From a virus (lineage: Duplodnaviria > Caudoviricetes): DNA of 64,000 nucleotides. Below are positions 55,848 to 64,000 of this stretch, in pieces. The position numbers were made by a program, and so were the translations under genes. How positions within the stretch are numbered: the stretch's first letter is position 1; each line of letters starts with the position of its first letter. The notes beneath the pieces were generated by a model, which was given only the letters and a program-made list of their open reading frames with translations, was not told where the DNA came from and searched no databases. The stretch lies in IMG/VR virus record IMGVR_UViG_3300031949_001696; one strand, 5' to 3'.

Positions 55848-56455
55848 AGCGCAAGTACGGCAAGAAGGCATCCGAGAAGGTCGAGCGCGCGCTGCACGAG
55901 ATGAAGCGCGGCACGCTACGGAGCGGTCGATCGGGTAGGAAGGTCACGAGTCGCGCGCAGGCGATCGCGATTGGTCTTTCGCAAGCGCGCCGCGCGGGCG
56001 GCAAGGTACCGCCTGCGCCTGGGCACGCCACGAAGTATCGGCCAAAGTACGGTGATGAGGCGGGTGCCTGGGAGAGTGGCTTCCAGTACGGATCGGAGGC
56101 CGCCCGCCACGAGACGCGCGCGACCGCGCGTGCGATCTTGGGCCAGCTTCGAGCGCAGGCGCGTACGGATTTCGATCGTGGTCAGGTCGCGGCGTACGAG
56201 CGCATGCTCGGTGATCATGGCTCCACGTCGCGTCACCACGCCAGCCGGAAGAAGTACCCGTACATCGCGTACTGGGTTCGCACCCGCGGCGGTCCGCGCA
56301 GCTCGTGGGACATCATGCCCATCTACGTCCTCGGTACGACGACGCGCGCTGACGAGGGCATCGTCGGTCATGATCTGCGCGTCCGCCCGCTCCATCTTGG
56401 CAAGGGTCCCTACACGGTGGTCATCTCGCCCGATGACGTGGAAGATCGGCCGTGA
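55844..56455 (+). CDS. Modular protein: DUF6496-like basic N-terminal domain plus two further modules
   Basis: KVERALHEMKRGTLRSG..KVTSRAQAIAIGLS; GHATK and HHASRKK junctions. Confidence 0.6.
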   Translation: MKRKYGKKASEKVERALHEMKRGTLRSGRSGRKVTSRAQAIAIGLSQARRAGGKVPPAPGHATKYRPKYGDEAGAWESGFQYGSEAARHETRATARAILGQLRAQARTDFDRGQVAAYERMLGDHGSTSRHHASRKKYPYIAYWVRTRGGPRSSWDIMPIYVLGTTTRADEGIVGHDLRVRPLHLGKGPYTVVISPDDVEDRP

Positions 56456-56775
56456 AGACGATCGGACAGACGAGCAGCGGCAAGCCGATCTATGCCGCTT
56501 TCCAGTTGCATCGGAACTTCGACGGTTGGACGGCTGACGATCACGCCGATGCCGCCGAGGTGCATCGCGGCGCGGTTCGCAGTGACATCAAGACGAACGT
56601 GTCCATGCACGAGAACTCTGCGGCGCTCCACGGCGAAGAGATGCAGCGGATCTACAGGGCGGTCGAGAAGCTGGGCTTGGCGCCCGCCGCGGGCAAGAAG
56701 AAGAGTCACGCGCAGCTCGACCGCGAGATCGCCAAAGCGCTAGCTGGCCGTCGGACAGCTAGTAGCAGACGCTGA
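56452..56775 (+). CDS. His-rich hypothetical protein with C-terminal [11 protein letters not shown] tag
   Basis: [17 protein letters not shown]. Confidence 0.6.
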   Translation: MKTIGQTSSGKPIYAAFQLHRNFDGWTADDHADAAEVHRGAVRSDIKTNVSMHENSAALHGEEMQRIYRAVEKLGLAPAAGKKKSHAQLDREIAKALAGRRTASSRR

Positions 56776-56782
56776 TCGCCGT

Positions 56783-56913
56783 TCCGAAAAGCACTTTTCT
56801 TGCCCTGTTCGCACGAGATCTCTACCGTCGTCGTATGACCGAAGTGCAACGTCTTCCTGCCATTTGCCCCCCCGACGACTGCGAGGGCGAGCGCGGCGAG
56901 CGAGGCAAGCGCG
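56783..56913 (+). repeat. ~130-bp duplicated promoter + N-terminal coding cassette (second copy about 57899-58030)
   Basis: Near-identical; includes TTGCCC-17 bp-TACCGT-6 nt-ATG. Confidence 0.9.
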
Positions 56914-57638
56914 GTCACCGCGGACATGACGGTCCGACAGGTCCGACAGGTCCGACAGGTCCGACAGGAACGACGGGCGTCGGCAGTACGGGTCCGACGG
57001 GTCCGACAGGTCCGACGGGCCCAACAGGATCAATCGGCTTGACGGGACCGACCGGCACAACTGGCGTCGGTACGACCGGACCCACAGGACCGACGGGGCC
57101 GAGCGACGGACCGACAGGCCCGACGGGCCCAACAGGATCGATCGGCCTCACGGGACCGACCGGCGCGACCGGTAGCGGCAGCACCGGTCCCACCGGTCCC
57201 ACAGGACCGACGGGGCCGAGCGACGGACCGACGGGCCCGACGGGGTCCACAGGACCGACGGGGCCGAGCGACGGACCGACGGGCCCGACGGGGTCCACAG
57301 GGCCCATAGGGCCCACAGGGCCCGCCGAAGCCGTCGCTCCACTGATTGCCGCCGCACGGGTCAATGCTGATGGCACCTTCGTCGCGCAGCAGGGTTTCGT
57401 CGGACCTATCACGCACGTTCCCGGATCCGGCGTGTACGAAATCACGCTGGTGACTCTTCCGGTAGACACTGACAATCTCGCGATCAACGTCACGCAAGTG
57501 GCCAATGGCTCACCTGGCGTCGGCGGCGAAGAGACCGCTGGTTTCGTTGCTCCAGGCGTCATCGCGGTCGTTACCTTCGATTCGACAGGTACGGCAGCAG
57601 ACCGTGGCTTCATGATCACTGTCTACGACCTGAATTGA
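56835..57638 (+). CDS. Collagen-like (GPT repeat) fibre protein
   Basis: Long GPT triplet tract; beta-rich C-terminal head. Confidence 0.8.
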   Translation: MTEVQRLPAICPPDDCEGERGERGKRGHRGHDGPTGPTGPTGPTGTTGVGSTGPTGPTGPTGPTGSIGLTGPTGTTGVGTTGPTGPTGPSDGPTGPTGPTGSIGLTGPTGATGSGSTGPTGPTGPTGPSDGPTGPTGSTGPTGPSDGPTGPTGSTGPIGPTGPAEAVAPLIAAARVNADGTFVAQQGFVGPITHVPGSGVYEITLVTLPVDTDNLAINVTQVANGSPGVGGEETAGFVAPGVIAVVTFDSTGTAADRGFMITVYDLN

Positions 57639-57768
57639 CTCGACGGTTGGCGGTTGGCGTCGACTAGCAAACTTTGGATCTGGGCGGATCGGTCACGTCC
57701 GGCCCTGTCGTTGACGGCTAAGACCGTGGCTTCATGATCACTGTCTTCGACCTGAATTGACCCGACGG
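57599..57768 (+). repeat. ~48-bp duplication of the 3' end of the collagen gene (57599-57646 and 57721-57768)
   Basis: agaccgtggcttcatgatcactgtct..gacctgaattgac x2. Confidence 0.85.
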
Positions 57769-57950
57769 CGTTTTTGATCGCGGTCAGCTGCGTCAGCTGC
57801 GTGATCGCGCTCCCTCCATCGTTGTCGTGGACGCCGTCTTACGCGGTCGCCAGTACGCCAGTGCGCGGATCGTTGATCACTGCTCATCGCGTGCCCGGTC
57901 CGAAAAGCACTTTTCTTGCCCTGTTCGCACGAGATCTCTACCGTCGTCGT

Positions 57951-58751
57951 ATGACCGAAGTGCAACGTCTTCCTGCCATTTGCCCCCCTGACGACTGCGA
58001 GGGCGAGCGCGGCGAGCGTGGCAAGCGCGGACATCGAGGAGCCACGGGACCGACGGGCCCGGCGGGCCCCGAATCAGGAGCGTTGCTCGGTCGCCAGGTG
58101 TTCAACGTGGCTGGCAACGGCACGTACACACCTACGCCAGGTGCGCGCTCGGCGATCGTACGCGGCTGCGGCGGCGGTGGTGGGGGTGGCGGCGTCGGAC
58201 CGTCTGGTGCGAACGACGCGGCTGGCGTCTCGGGTGGGAACTCTGGGACTGCCATCGAGGTCGAGGTAGTGGCGCCGCTTAACACGCTTCTGACTGGTGG
58301 ACCCATCACGGTCGGGGCCGGCGCTCCGGGCATGGTGGGCAATAGCTCTGTCCAGACCGGGGGTGATTCGACGCTCGTGATTGGTGGCGTGACGCTGACG
58401 GCTCCTGGTGGAGTTGGAGGCAACTCGGGTGGTAATGGTTTCCTCATTCCCAACGTCGTCGGGTCGCCGCCTCCGAACGCGCCAGCCATCGGAGTTGACT
58501 ATCAGGCTGCTGATCCGGGTGGGTATGGCTTTGCAAACACGCTCAACAACGTCGCTCTCCGTGGCGGCGACGGTGGAAGTGGCGACTTCGGTATCGGTGG
58601 GCTCGGTAGCAATGGCCTCGTCAGTAACGGCAACAACGCGAGCGGCAACGGTGCAGGGGGTGGCGGAGCGTCGCAGCGGGGTGGTCAGCTCGCTGACGTC
58701 ACCGGCGGCGCCGGTACGCCGGGCCTCTGGATCATCGAAGAATACGCGTGA
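57951..58751 (+). CDS. Fibre protein with shared N-terminus and glycine-rich C-terminal domain
   Basis: [18 protein letters not shown] identical to 56835; GGGGGGGG and G.PG.WIIEEY. Confidence 0.75.
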   Translation: MTEVQRLPAICPPDDCEGERGERGKRGHRGATGPTGPAGPESGALLGRQVFNVAGNGTYTPTPGARSAIVRGCGGGGGGGGVGPSGANDAAGVSGGNSGTAIEVEVVAPLNTLLTGGPITVGAGAPGMVGNSSVQTGGDSTLVIGGVTLTAPGGVGGNSGGNGFLIPNVVGSPPPNAPAIGVDYQAADPGGYGFANTLNNVALRGGDGGSGDFGIGGLGSNGLVSNGNNASGNGAGGGGASQRGGQLADVTGGAGTPGLWIIEEYA

Positions 58752-58819
58752 GCATGCCCCTCGGTGAAGATCCCGGAGCACAACACCTCGCGTGAACATC
58801 ACACGCGTGTGATAGGCAC

Positions 58820-59377
58820 ATGGGCATGTTACTCGACCTCATCGTCTCCTTCGTTGCGATGTTCGTGACCCCGGACGCCGCGCGGGGACTCTCCTCGACG
58901 GCACCCGCATACATCGACGAGGACTCCGCCCGCCAGCACCTGGCGGCCGCCGTGGTCGCGGGCGTGATGACCAAGACCAAACCCGAGACGCTGCTCGCGA
59001 TCGCGTGGCACGAGTCGCGTTACAAGTACGACGCGATCACGCGAGAACCGCCGGATCCGGTCACGCGACAGGCGCGATGGAGCTGTGGCGTGCTAACGCC
59101 CGAGCCGATCACGGACCGAAGAGCCTGTGAAGTGATCGCGGGCAGTCTCGCGAGGGGCTATCTCGCCGGCGCGCGCCACCTGCGCGCCTGGCTCGACGCT
59201 TGCGGCGATCACTCCGGGTGCGCGCTCTTGGGCTTCGCAGGGGCCGCGACCCACGACTGCGCAAACTCGCCGACGCGTGCCTGCGTCGCGGCCCGAGACT
59301 TCGCCGTGCGGTCGATGTGGATCACGCGCGTGCTCCGTCCCGCGAAGTCCCGGCGGGAGAAGCCGCCGCTTAGCTGA
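58820..59377 (+). CDS. Lytic transglycosylase/lysozyme-like protein, divergent
   Basis: LLAIAWHESRY catalytic Glu motif; hydrophobic N-terminus. Confidence 0.5.
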   Translation: MGMLLDLIVSFVAMFVTPDAARGLSSTAPAYIDEDSARQHLAAAVVAGVMTKTKPETLLAIAWHESRYKYDAITREPPDPVTRQARWSCGVLTPEPITDRRACEVIAGSLARGYLAGARHLRAWLDACGDHSGCALLGFAGAATHDCANSPTRACVAARDFAVRSMWITRVLRPAKSRREKPPLS

Positions 59378-60366
59378 TCACGACTGGTTCCCCTAGTCGT
59401 GGCGACGCTCTCGAAGCAATGGGCGATCAAGGCTCGATCGGAGCATCGCGAGGTGCTGCCGGCAGAATCGGATCTTGTAGCTGCCGAGCACGAAGACGTG
59501 GATGTCGTCGCCTCGATCGTCGTTGGGATCGATCCTCCGTGCGCTGCGGCGGTCACCGGACCCAAGATGTCGATCACGGCGTCGCCTCTGGGATCTCGTG
59601 ATTGGCGTAGATCTTCCCGTACTGGAGGATGCTCGCGACCATCCAGTCGTAGCCCTCGAAGCCATCGGACGGCGTGCTCGGCGCATCGTCACGGACGATG
59701 CGCGCGGAAACTTCGGCGCGCCAGCCGTCGGACCAGCCGTAGGACCACGACCGGCCGTCGAGCTGAGCAGCGCGCGTGTCGTCGACCTCGCGCAGGAGCA
59801 CGTAGTTTCGGCGCTCGCCGGACCAGCCGCCGTTCCAGCTGGCTCGGCCGGGCATGGCGAGGCGGAACTCGACTCGGATCATGGGGACCTCACGAGCTTG
59901 CGGTACGCGCCGTAGCTGCTCTCGGGCGGGACGACCACGTACTTGAGGTGTGCCTTGCAGTACGGACACGTGATCGTGCCGATCGGGCGCACGAACGACG
60001 TGATCTCGCGTCGGCACGTCGGACAGTCGTCGAATCTCACCGGGTCCTCCTTCGCTTCGCAGTGCGCCGCGGCGGCGCGAGGATCTTGGCGACTTCGTCG
60101 GCCAGCTCGGCCACGAACGGTCGCCAGTCGGGCGGACTTGAGTGCCCGTCGTAGGCGGCGAGGTGCCGTGCGTCGTCCGCGAGCTTCCTCACGCGTGCGA
60201 GGGCTTCCTTGCGATCTGTTTCAGTCACGTGACCTCCTCCACTTCTCGCGGTACGCGCGAGCGAGCTTGATGGCACCTTCTGTTCGCGTGACGATGCGCC
60301 GTGTAATCGCGCGGATCTCGCCCACCAAGCGCTCGATCTCGGTGTCGAGATTGTGATCTTCCTTCG

Positions 60367-60852
60367 TCACAGCAGCGGCTCCGTCTGGGAGATGCCGATT
60401 TTCTCGGCGGCGTCGCGCGCGAACCTCGCGAGCGCGTTGTCGAGCGCGCGCCACGACGCCTTATCGTAGCCCTCCTTGCCGACCGCGGCTGTCCACAGGC
60501 GATGGAGCGTGGCGTGAGCTTCACGAAACGCAGTCAAGAACTCCTCGCGCGGGTAGGCGGCGACGTACTCCTGCCATCCAGTTGCTTGCATCGGCTTCCT
60601 CTCGTCGGTGAAGTTGTCGACGGGCGGCTCCAAGACAGATCGGCACTCGTCGACCGCGCCGACCAGCGCGAAGTGGTCGTCGAAGGGTACCGGGGACGTC
60701 CGCAGGCGCGCGGCGACCACGTAGACCTTGATCAGAGCCTCGTACTCGACGCGCAGGCGATGGATCGTCTCGCGGTTGTGGAGACACGCGGGGCACAAAG
60801 TCTGCACGCCGGATTTCGAAGCGCAGCTCGTGCATTCGGCGAATTCGTTCAC
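60367..60852 (-). CDS. Hypothetical protein with N-terminal C4 zinc finger
   Basis: CTSC..LCPAC. Confidence 0.45.
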   Translation of the reverse strand: MNEFAECTSCASKSGVQTLCPACLHNRETIHRLRVEYEALIKVYVVAARLRTSPVPFDDHFALVGAVDECRSVLEPPVDNFTDERKPMQATGWQEYVAAYPREEFLTAFREAHATLHRLWTAAVGKEGYDKASWRALDNALARFARDAAEKIGISQTEPLL

Positions 60853-61664
60853 GGGCGCGTACCCCCGCGCTCGGCCACGAGGATCGTGATTTCTTGCGCG
60901 AGGTCGAACGCGAGCTGCTCGACTTGTTCGCGCACGGTGCCGACGCGCGCGTCGAAGTCGACGGGGATCGGCAGATCCTCGTCGCAGCGCACGGCCTCGA
61001 CGATGGCGGCGGCGAGCTGTCGGCGCTTCTCGCGTTCGGCTTCGGTGGGTTCAGCAGGTTCTCCCATCTAGGACTCCTTCTGTTTCTTCGTGACGGCGCG
61101 CGTCGCAGCTCGCGAAGCTGATCATCGGTGATCGTATCGGCGGTCAGCCTTTGATCCATGCTTGTCCGGTTGTCACCCAACGCTCCCATTGATAGCGCCA
61201 GGATCCGCAACTACACTCGATGTCTCGCCGCATTGAGCGCACACCAGCGACGCCCTCCTGGCCGCGAGCGATCCGATCTGGGCCCACGTCCAGGTGTTGA
61301 AGAACCCATCCTTCGGGTTTTGATGCAAGTCGCCGCAATGCGGACACGACAATCGGCCTGCCACCGGCTTTACCACGCGCCCAGAGGGATCGACGGCGGG
61401 GAGAAACATGGCGCCAAGAATTGGTTTCATAGTCGCCTCCTTGTTTTGGGCGTTAACCGGATAGGCATGCTTGGTAGTGTCCGTTGGCAGGCCGCTCGTG
61501 CTTGTGCTCGGGGCAGAGGTCGTGGGGAACGAAATCGTGACCGTTCCAGCGGTGTCCGGTCAGCCAGCGGTGTCGATCTGCATCGGTCGGCCAGTCGCTG
61601 TAGGGCAGTTCGATCCATCACACGCAGCCTGCGGGGTGGTCGCACGTGATCCGAACTTGCTTGC

Positions 61665-62087
61665 TCACAAGACTCCTTCCAGCTTGGCGAGCTCGTAGAG
61701 ATCTTCCTGCGCGGAGTCTCGCTCGTTGTAGCTGTACTTAACGGCATCGCGTGCGAGGTCGATCGCGCGCCGGAGGCGCGTCTTCAGATCGGCGACCTGC
61801 GCACGCAGGACCTCGCGTGCCATCTTCTTGGCTTCGTCGAAGTTCTTGGTCATCGATTCGCCGTAGAGGTGATCGAGCCAGCTCTCTTCGATCTTGATCA
61901 TCTGGGGCGGCTTGTCCCGTACACGCGCCTCTTCGCGTTTGGCACGCACGTGGGCGTTCGCTTGTTCCTCGCTCGTGTCGACGGCGACGAGGTACGGCCG
62001 GCCGCCGTCGGATGCGGCCTCCCAGACGATCCAGCACGGCTCCATGCCGGCCTCGGCCTTGAATTGCAGGGCTTCTTTTTCCTTCAC
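61665..62087 (-). CDS. Hypothetical protein
   Basis: Minus-strand operon. Confidence 0.5.
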   Translation of the reverse strand: MKEKEALQFKAEAGMEPCWIVWEAASDGGRPYLVAVDTSEEQANAHVRAKREEARVRDKPPQMIKIEESWLDHLYGESMTKNFDEAKKMAREVLRAQVADLKTRLRRAIDLARDAVKYSYNERDSAQEDLYELAKLEGVL

Positions 62088-62092
62088 GGCTC

Positions 62093-62560
62093 TTAGAACC
62101 CGAGGAACTTCAGCTCGACTGCCGTCAGCTCGTGGCCCTGCATGTATTCCTTGCCGTCGGGCGCGTAGCGGCGAAGGTCCTTCAGGTTGCGGACGATCAT
62201 GTCGAGCTTCTCGACCTGCGACTTTTCTCCCTCGATGTGGTCGCGCTCGGTGAGCAGCATGTTGACGACACCGGCGCCGATCGTGACGTCTTCTTCGCGC
62301 AGGCCGTCGTCGGACCGGACCTTCGAGTTGTAGACGAGGGCCATGGCACCGCGCTGCATCTGATCGCGTGCCTGCGCCATGATGTCGACGAGAGCCGCGT
62401 CGCTGATCTTGTACTCCTCGCGGACGCGCTTGATGCGGACTTCGCGCTCCTCGATCTTGCGACGGGTCGTGACCGCCTTGTCCTTGGCACGTTCCACGAT
62501 CTCGGCGGCGGGTTTTTCGAAGGTGAAGTTGAAGAGGCTGTCGATTCGCTGAACTTGCAT
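62093..62560 (-). CDS. Hypothetical coiled-coil protein
   Basis: AGGAG RBS. Confidence 0.55.
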   Translation of the reverse strand: MQVQRIDSLFNFTFEKPAAEIVERAKDKAVTTRRKIEEREVRIKRVREEYKISDAALVDIMAQARDQMQRGAMALVYNSKVRSDDGLREEDVTIGAGVVNMLLTERDHIEGEKSQVEKLDMIVRNLKDLRRYAPDGKEYMQGHELTAVELKFLGF

Positions 62561-62771
62561 GGTTTTTCGATCTCCTGGTTGTGGTGTTAGTTAGCTTTTC
62601 GTTGCCGTCGTTCGTATTCCTCGACGGTGATCATCATGACGCTGCATACCCAGTCCGATACCGGTACGCAGCAGATCGGTGGCGTCGCCGGGTTCGCGGT
62701 TTCGCGGATCTCCGCGTGCTCCGGCCACGAGCACCTCCACCGCAGGGTCTTCGGGACCGTGACCTTGATGT

Positions 62772-63540
62772 TCACGCGTCACCTCGGTACGGCAGCTCGA
62801 TGCGCTCGCGCTTGATCTCCTTCGAGGTCGGCTCGCACGGCCCGGCGTGATCGCGTCGGAGCCGGCACTGCCGGTTCGCGTAGTATCCGATCGTGCAGAT
62901 CGGATCTGTATCGCCGCCGAGGGCTTCGTACGGCATCCGTCGCGTGGTCACGCGGTAGACGCAGCCGTGCTGGAGACTCTTCCATGAGTCGTCCATGTAG
63001 ACGGAGTTGTGCTGGGACCAGATCGCGGTGGTCTCGATCGGGGTGCACACGAGGCACCGGAGGCGATCGTAGCCGTATGGAGGATTCTCTTTCTCGTAGC
63101 CCCAGTAGCACTCCTTGAACGCGTTGCAGGCTGGGCAGCGGGGCTCTCGCGCGAACGTGCTCTCGCAGGCGGTCTTGGATTCTTCGTAGCGGCGCTCGGC
63201 GGAGCCGTCGTGGTCGAGTAGGGCATGCTTGGCCGTGTTGAGCGCGTACGGCCACAGCCACGAGCTGCCGTCGACGTAGAGCCTCGGGAAGTCCCACGCG
63301 TTGTCGCCCGGGCGAAGCGCGACGCGGTCGAGGGGCAGGCCCGGCATGTCCACTTCCGTCGTGCGGATCCCGCGGTGGATCACGTAGCTGTATCGGCCGT
63401 CGGAGTTGTCGTTCGTGCGCCGCTCGATGCGGACGTGCGGAGGCCCGAGCAAAAGCTCGCGGCAGAACGCGCCGATGTTGTGCCGCGCGTCGCGGACGGA
63501 GCTTCCGTCGACAGGACCGGCGCCGGGGTTAATGATCATG
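62772..63540 (-). CDS. Hypothetical protein
   Basis: INPG.GP, MPG.PL..V, FPRLYVDGSSWLW; Cys-rich C-terminus; start uncertain. Confidence 0.5.
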
Positions 63541-63556
63541 ACGGCCTCGACGTCTC

Positions 63557-63976
63557 TCACGGTTCCTCCGGCGATCGCGGCTGGGGTGGCTCGGGACACG
63601 TGTGCTTGGTCCGTGCCGCGTCGTCCGTCAGGCGTGCAGCGAACGTCTGCGCGGCGCATGCGCGGCAGGGATCGAGATCTTTGTCGAGACGGTGGGCTTC
63701 CAGTTCTTCGATCAGAAGAGGGAGGTTCGATCGGCGCACGATCGCCATGTGGCTGCGAAAGTGACCGGGCTCCCCGTCTGGGACGATCACGCGAATCTCG
63801 ACGGCGTCGTGTTCGTCGCCGTGCGGCGTCGACGCGATCTCGACCCTGTGCGTCGGTGATCCGGCGACGGCCGGGACCGTGGTGAGTCGCCGCGGCGTGT
63901 GCGCGATCGAGCGCTCGTCGTGTGTGATGGGCTTCCTGCCCAACTCGGGGCCGAAACCATGCTGCTCGATGGTCAT
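63557..63976 (-). CDS. Hypothetical protein
   Basis: GAAGGT RBS. Confidence 0.4.
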   Translation of the reverse strand: MTIEQHGFGPELGRKPITHDERSIAHTPRRLTTVPAVAGSPTHRVEIASTPHGDEHDAVEIRVIVPDGEPGHFRSHMAIVRRSNLPLLIEELEAHRLDKDLDPCRACAAQTFAARLTDDAARTKHTCPEPPQPRSPEEP

Positions 63977-64000
63977 GATTTCACCTTCTTTCGCTTCGGT

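Noticed and set aside
57599-57768. Diversity-generating retroelement TR/VR pair
   Set aside because: Only about 48 bp, differences are not at template adenines, and no reverse transcriptase is in the window.

Overview
High-GC, gene-dense segment that reads as part of a large virus (jumbo phage) or similar mobile element. The host is probably a myxobacterium-like, high-GC bacterium (inference from gene content; no terminase, portal, capsid or polymerase hallmark was recognised in this window). It is dominated by a translation and RNA-repair toolkit: about 34 canonical-looking tRNA genes, one tRNA-Glu interrupted in its anticodon loop (together covering all 20 amino acids), several aberrant tRNA-like genes, a Pth2-like peptidyl-tRNA hydrolase, and a truncated RF1-type release factor expressed through a prfB-type +1 frameshift. 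The strongest candidate for a new system is an operon of Ro60/TROVE, an Rnl2-type RNA ligase and a tandem array of six Y-RNA-like units (33641-34285). The units share a terminal helix motif and display different tRNA parts: anticodon-like stem-loops (one identical to the element's own tRNA-Thr arm) or a T-arm/elbow module. A second striking signal is a ~15-aa peptide tag (K-S-x-A-Q-L-D-x-E-I-A-x-A-L) in nine small proteins, often with an H-[AS]-[TS] junction motif. Also present: glycan-modification genes, an intein-containing RadA/Sms with an intein-free paralogue, HNH/GIY-YIG/LAGLIDADG endonucleases, collagen-like fibre genes with shared duplicated leaders, and many leaderless-type promoters. 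All calls are by eye; tRNA and ncRNA ends are accurate to a few nt at best.
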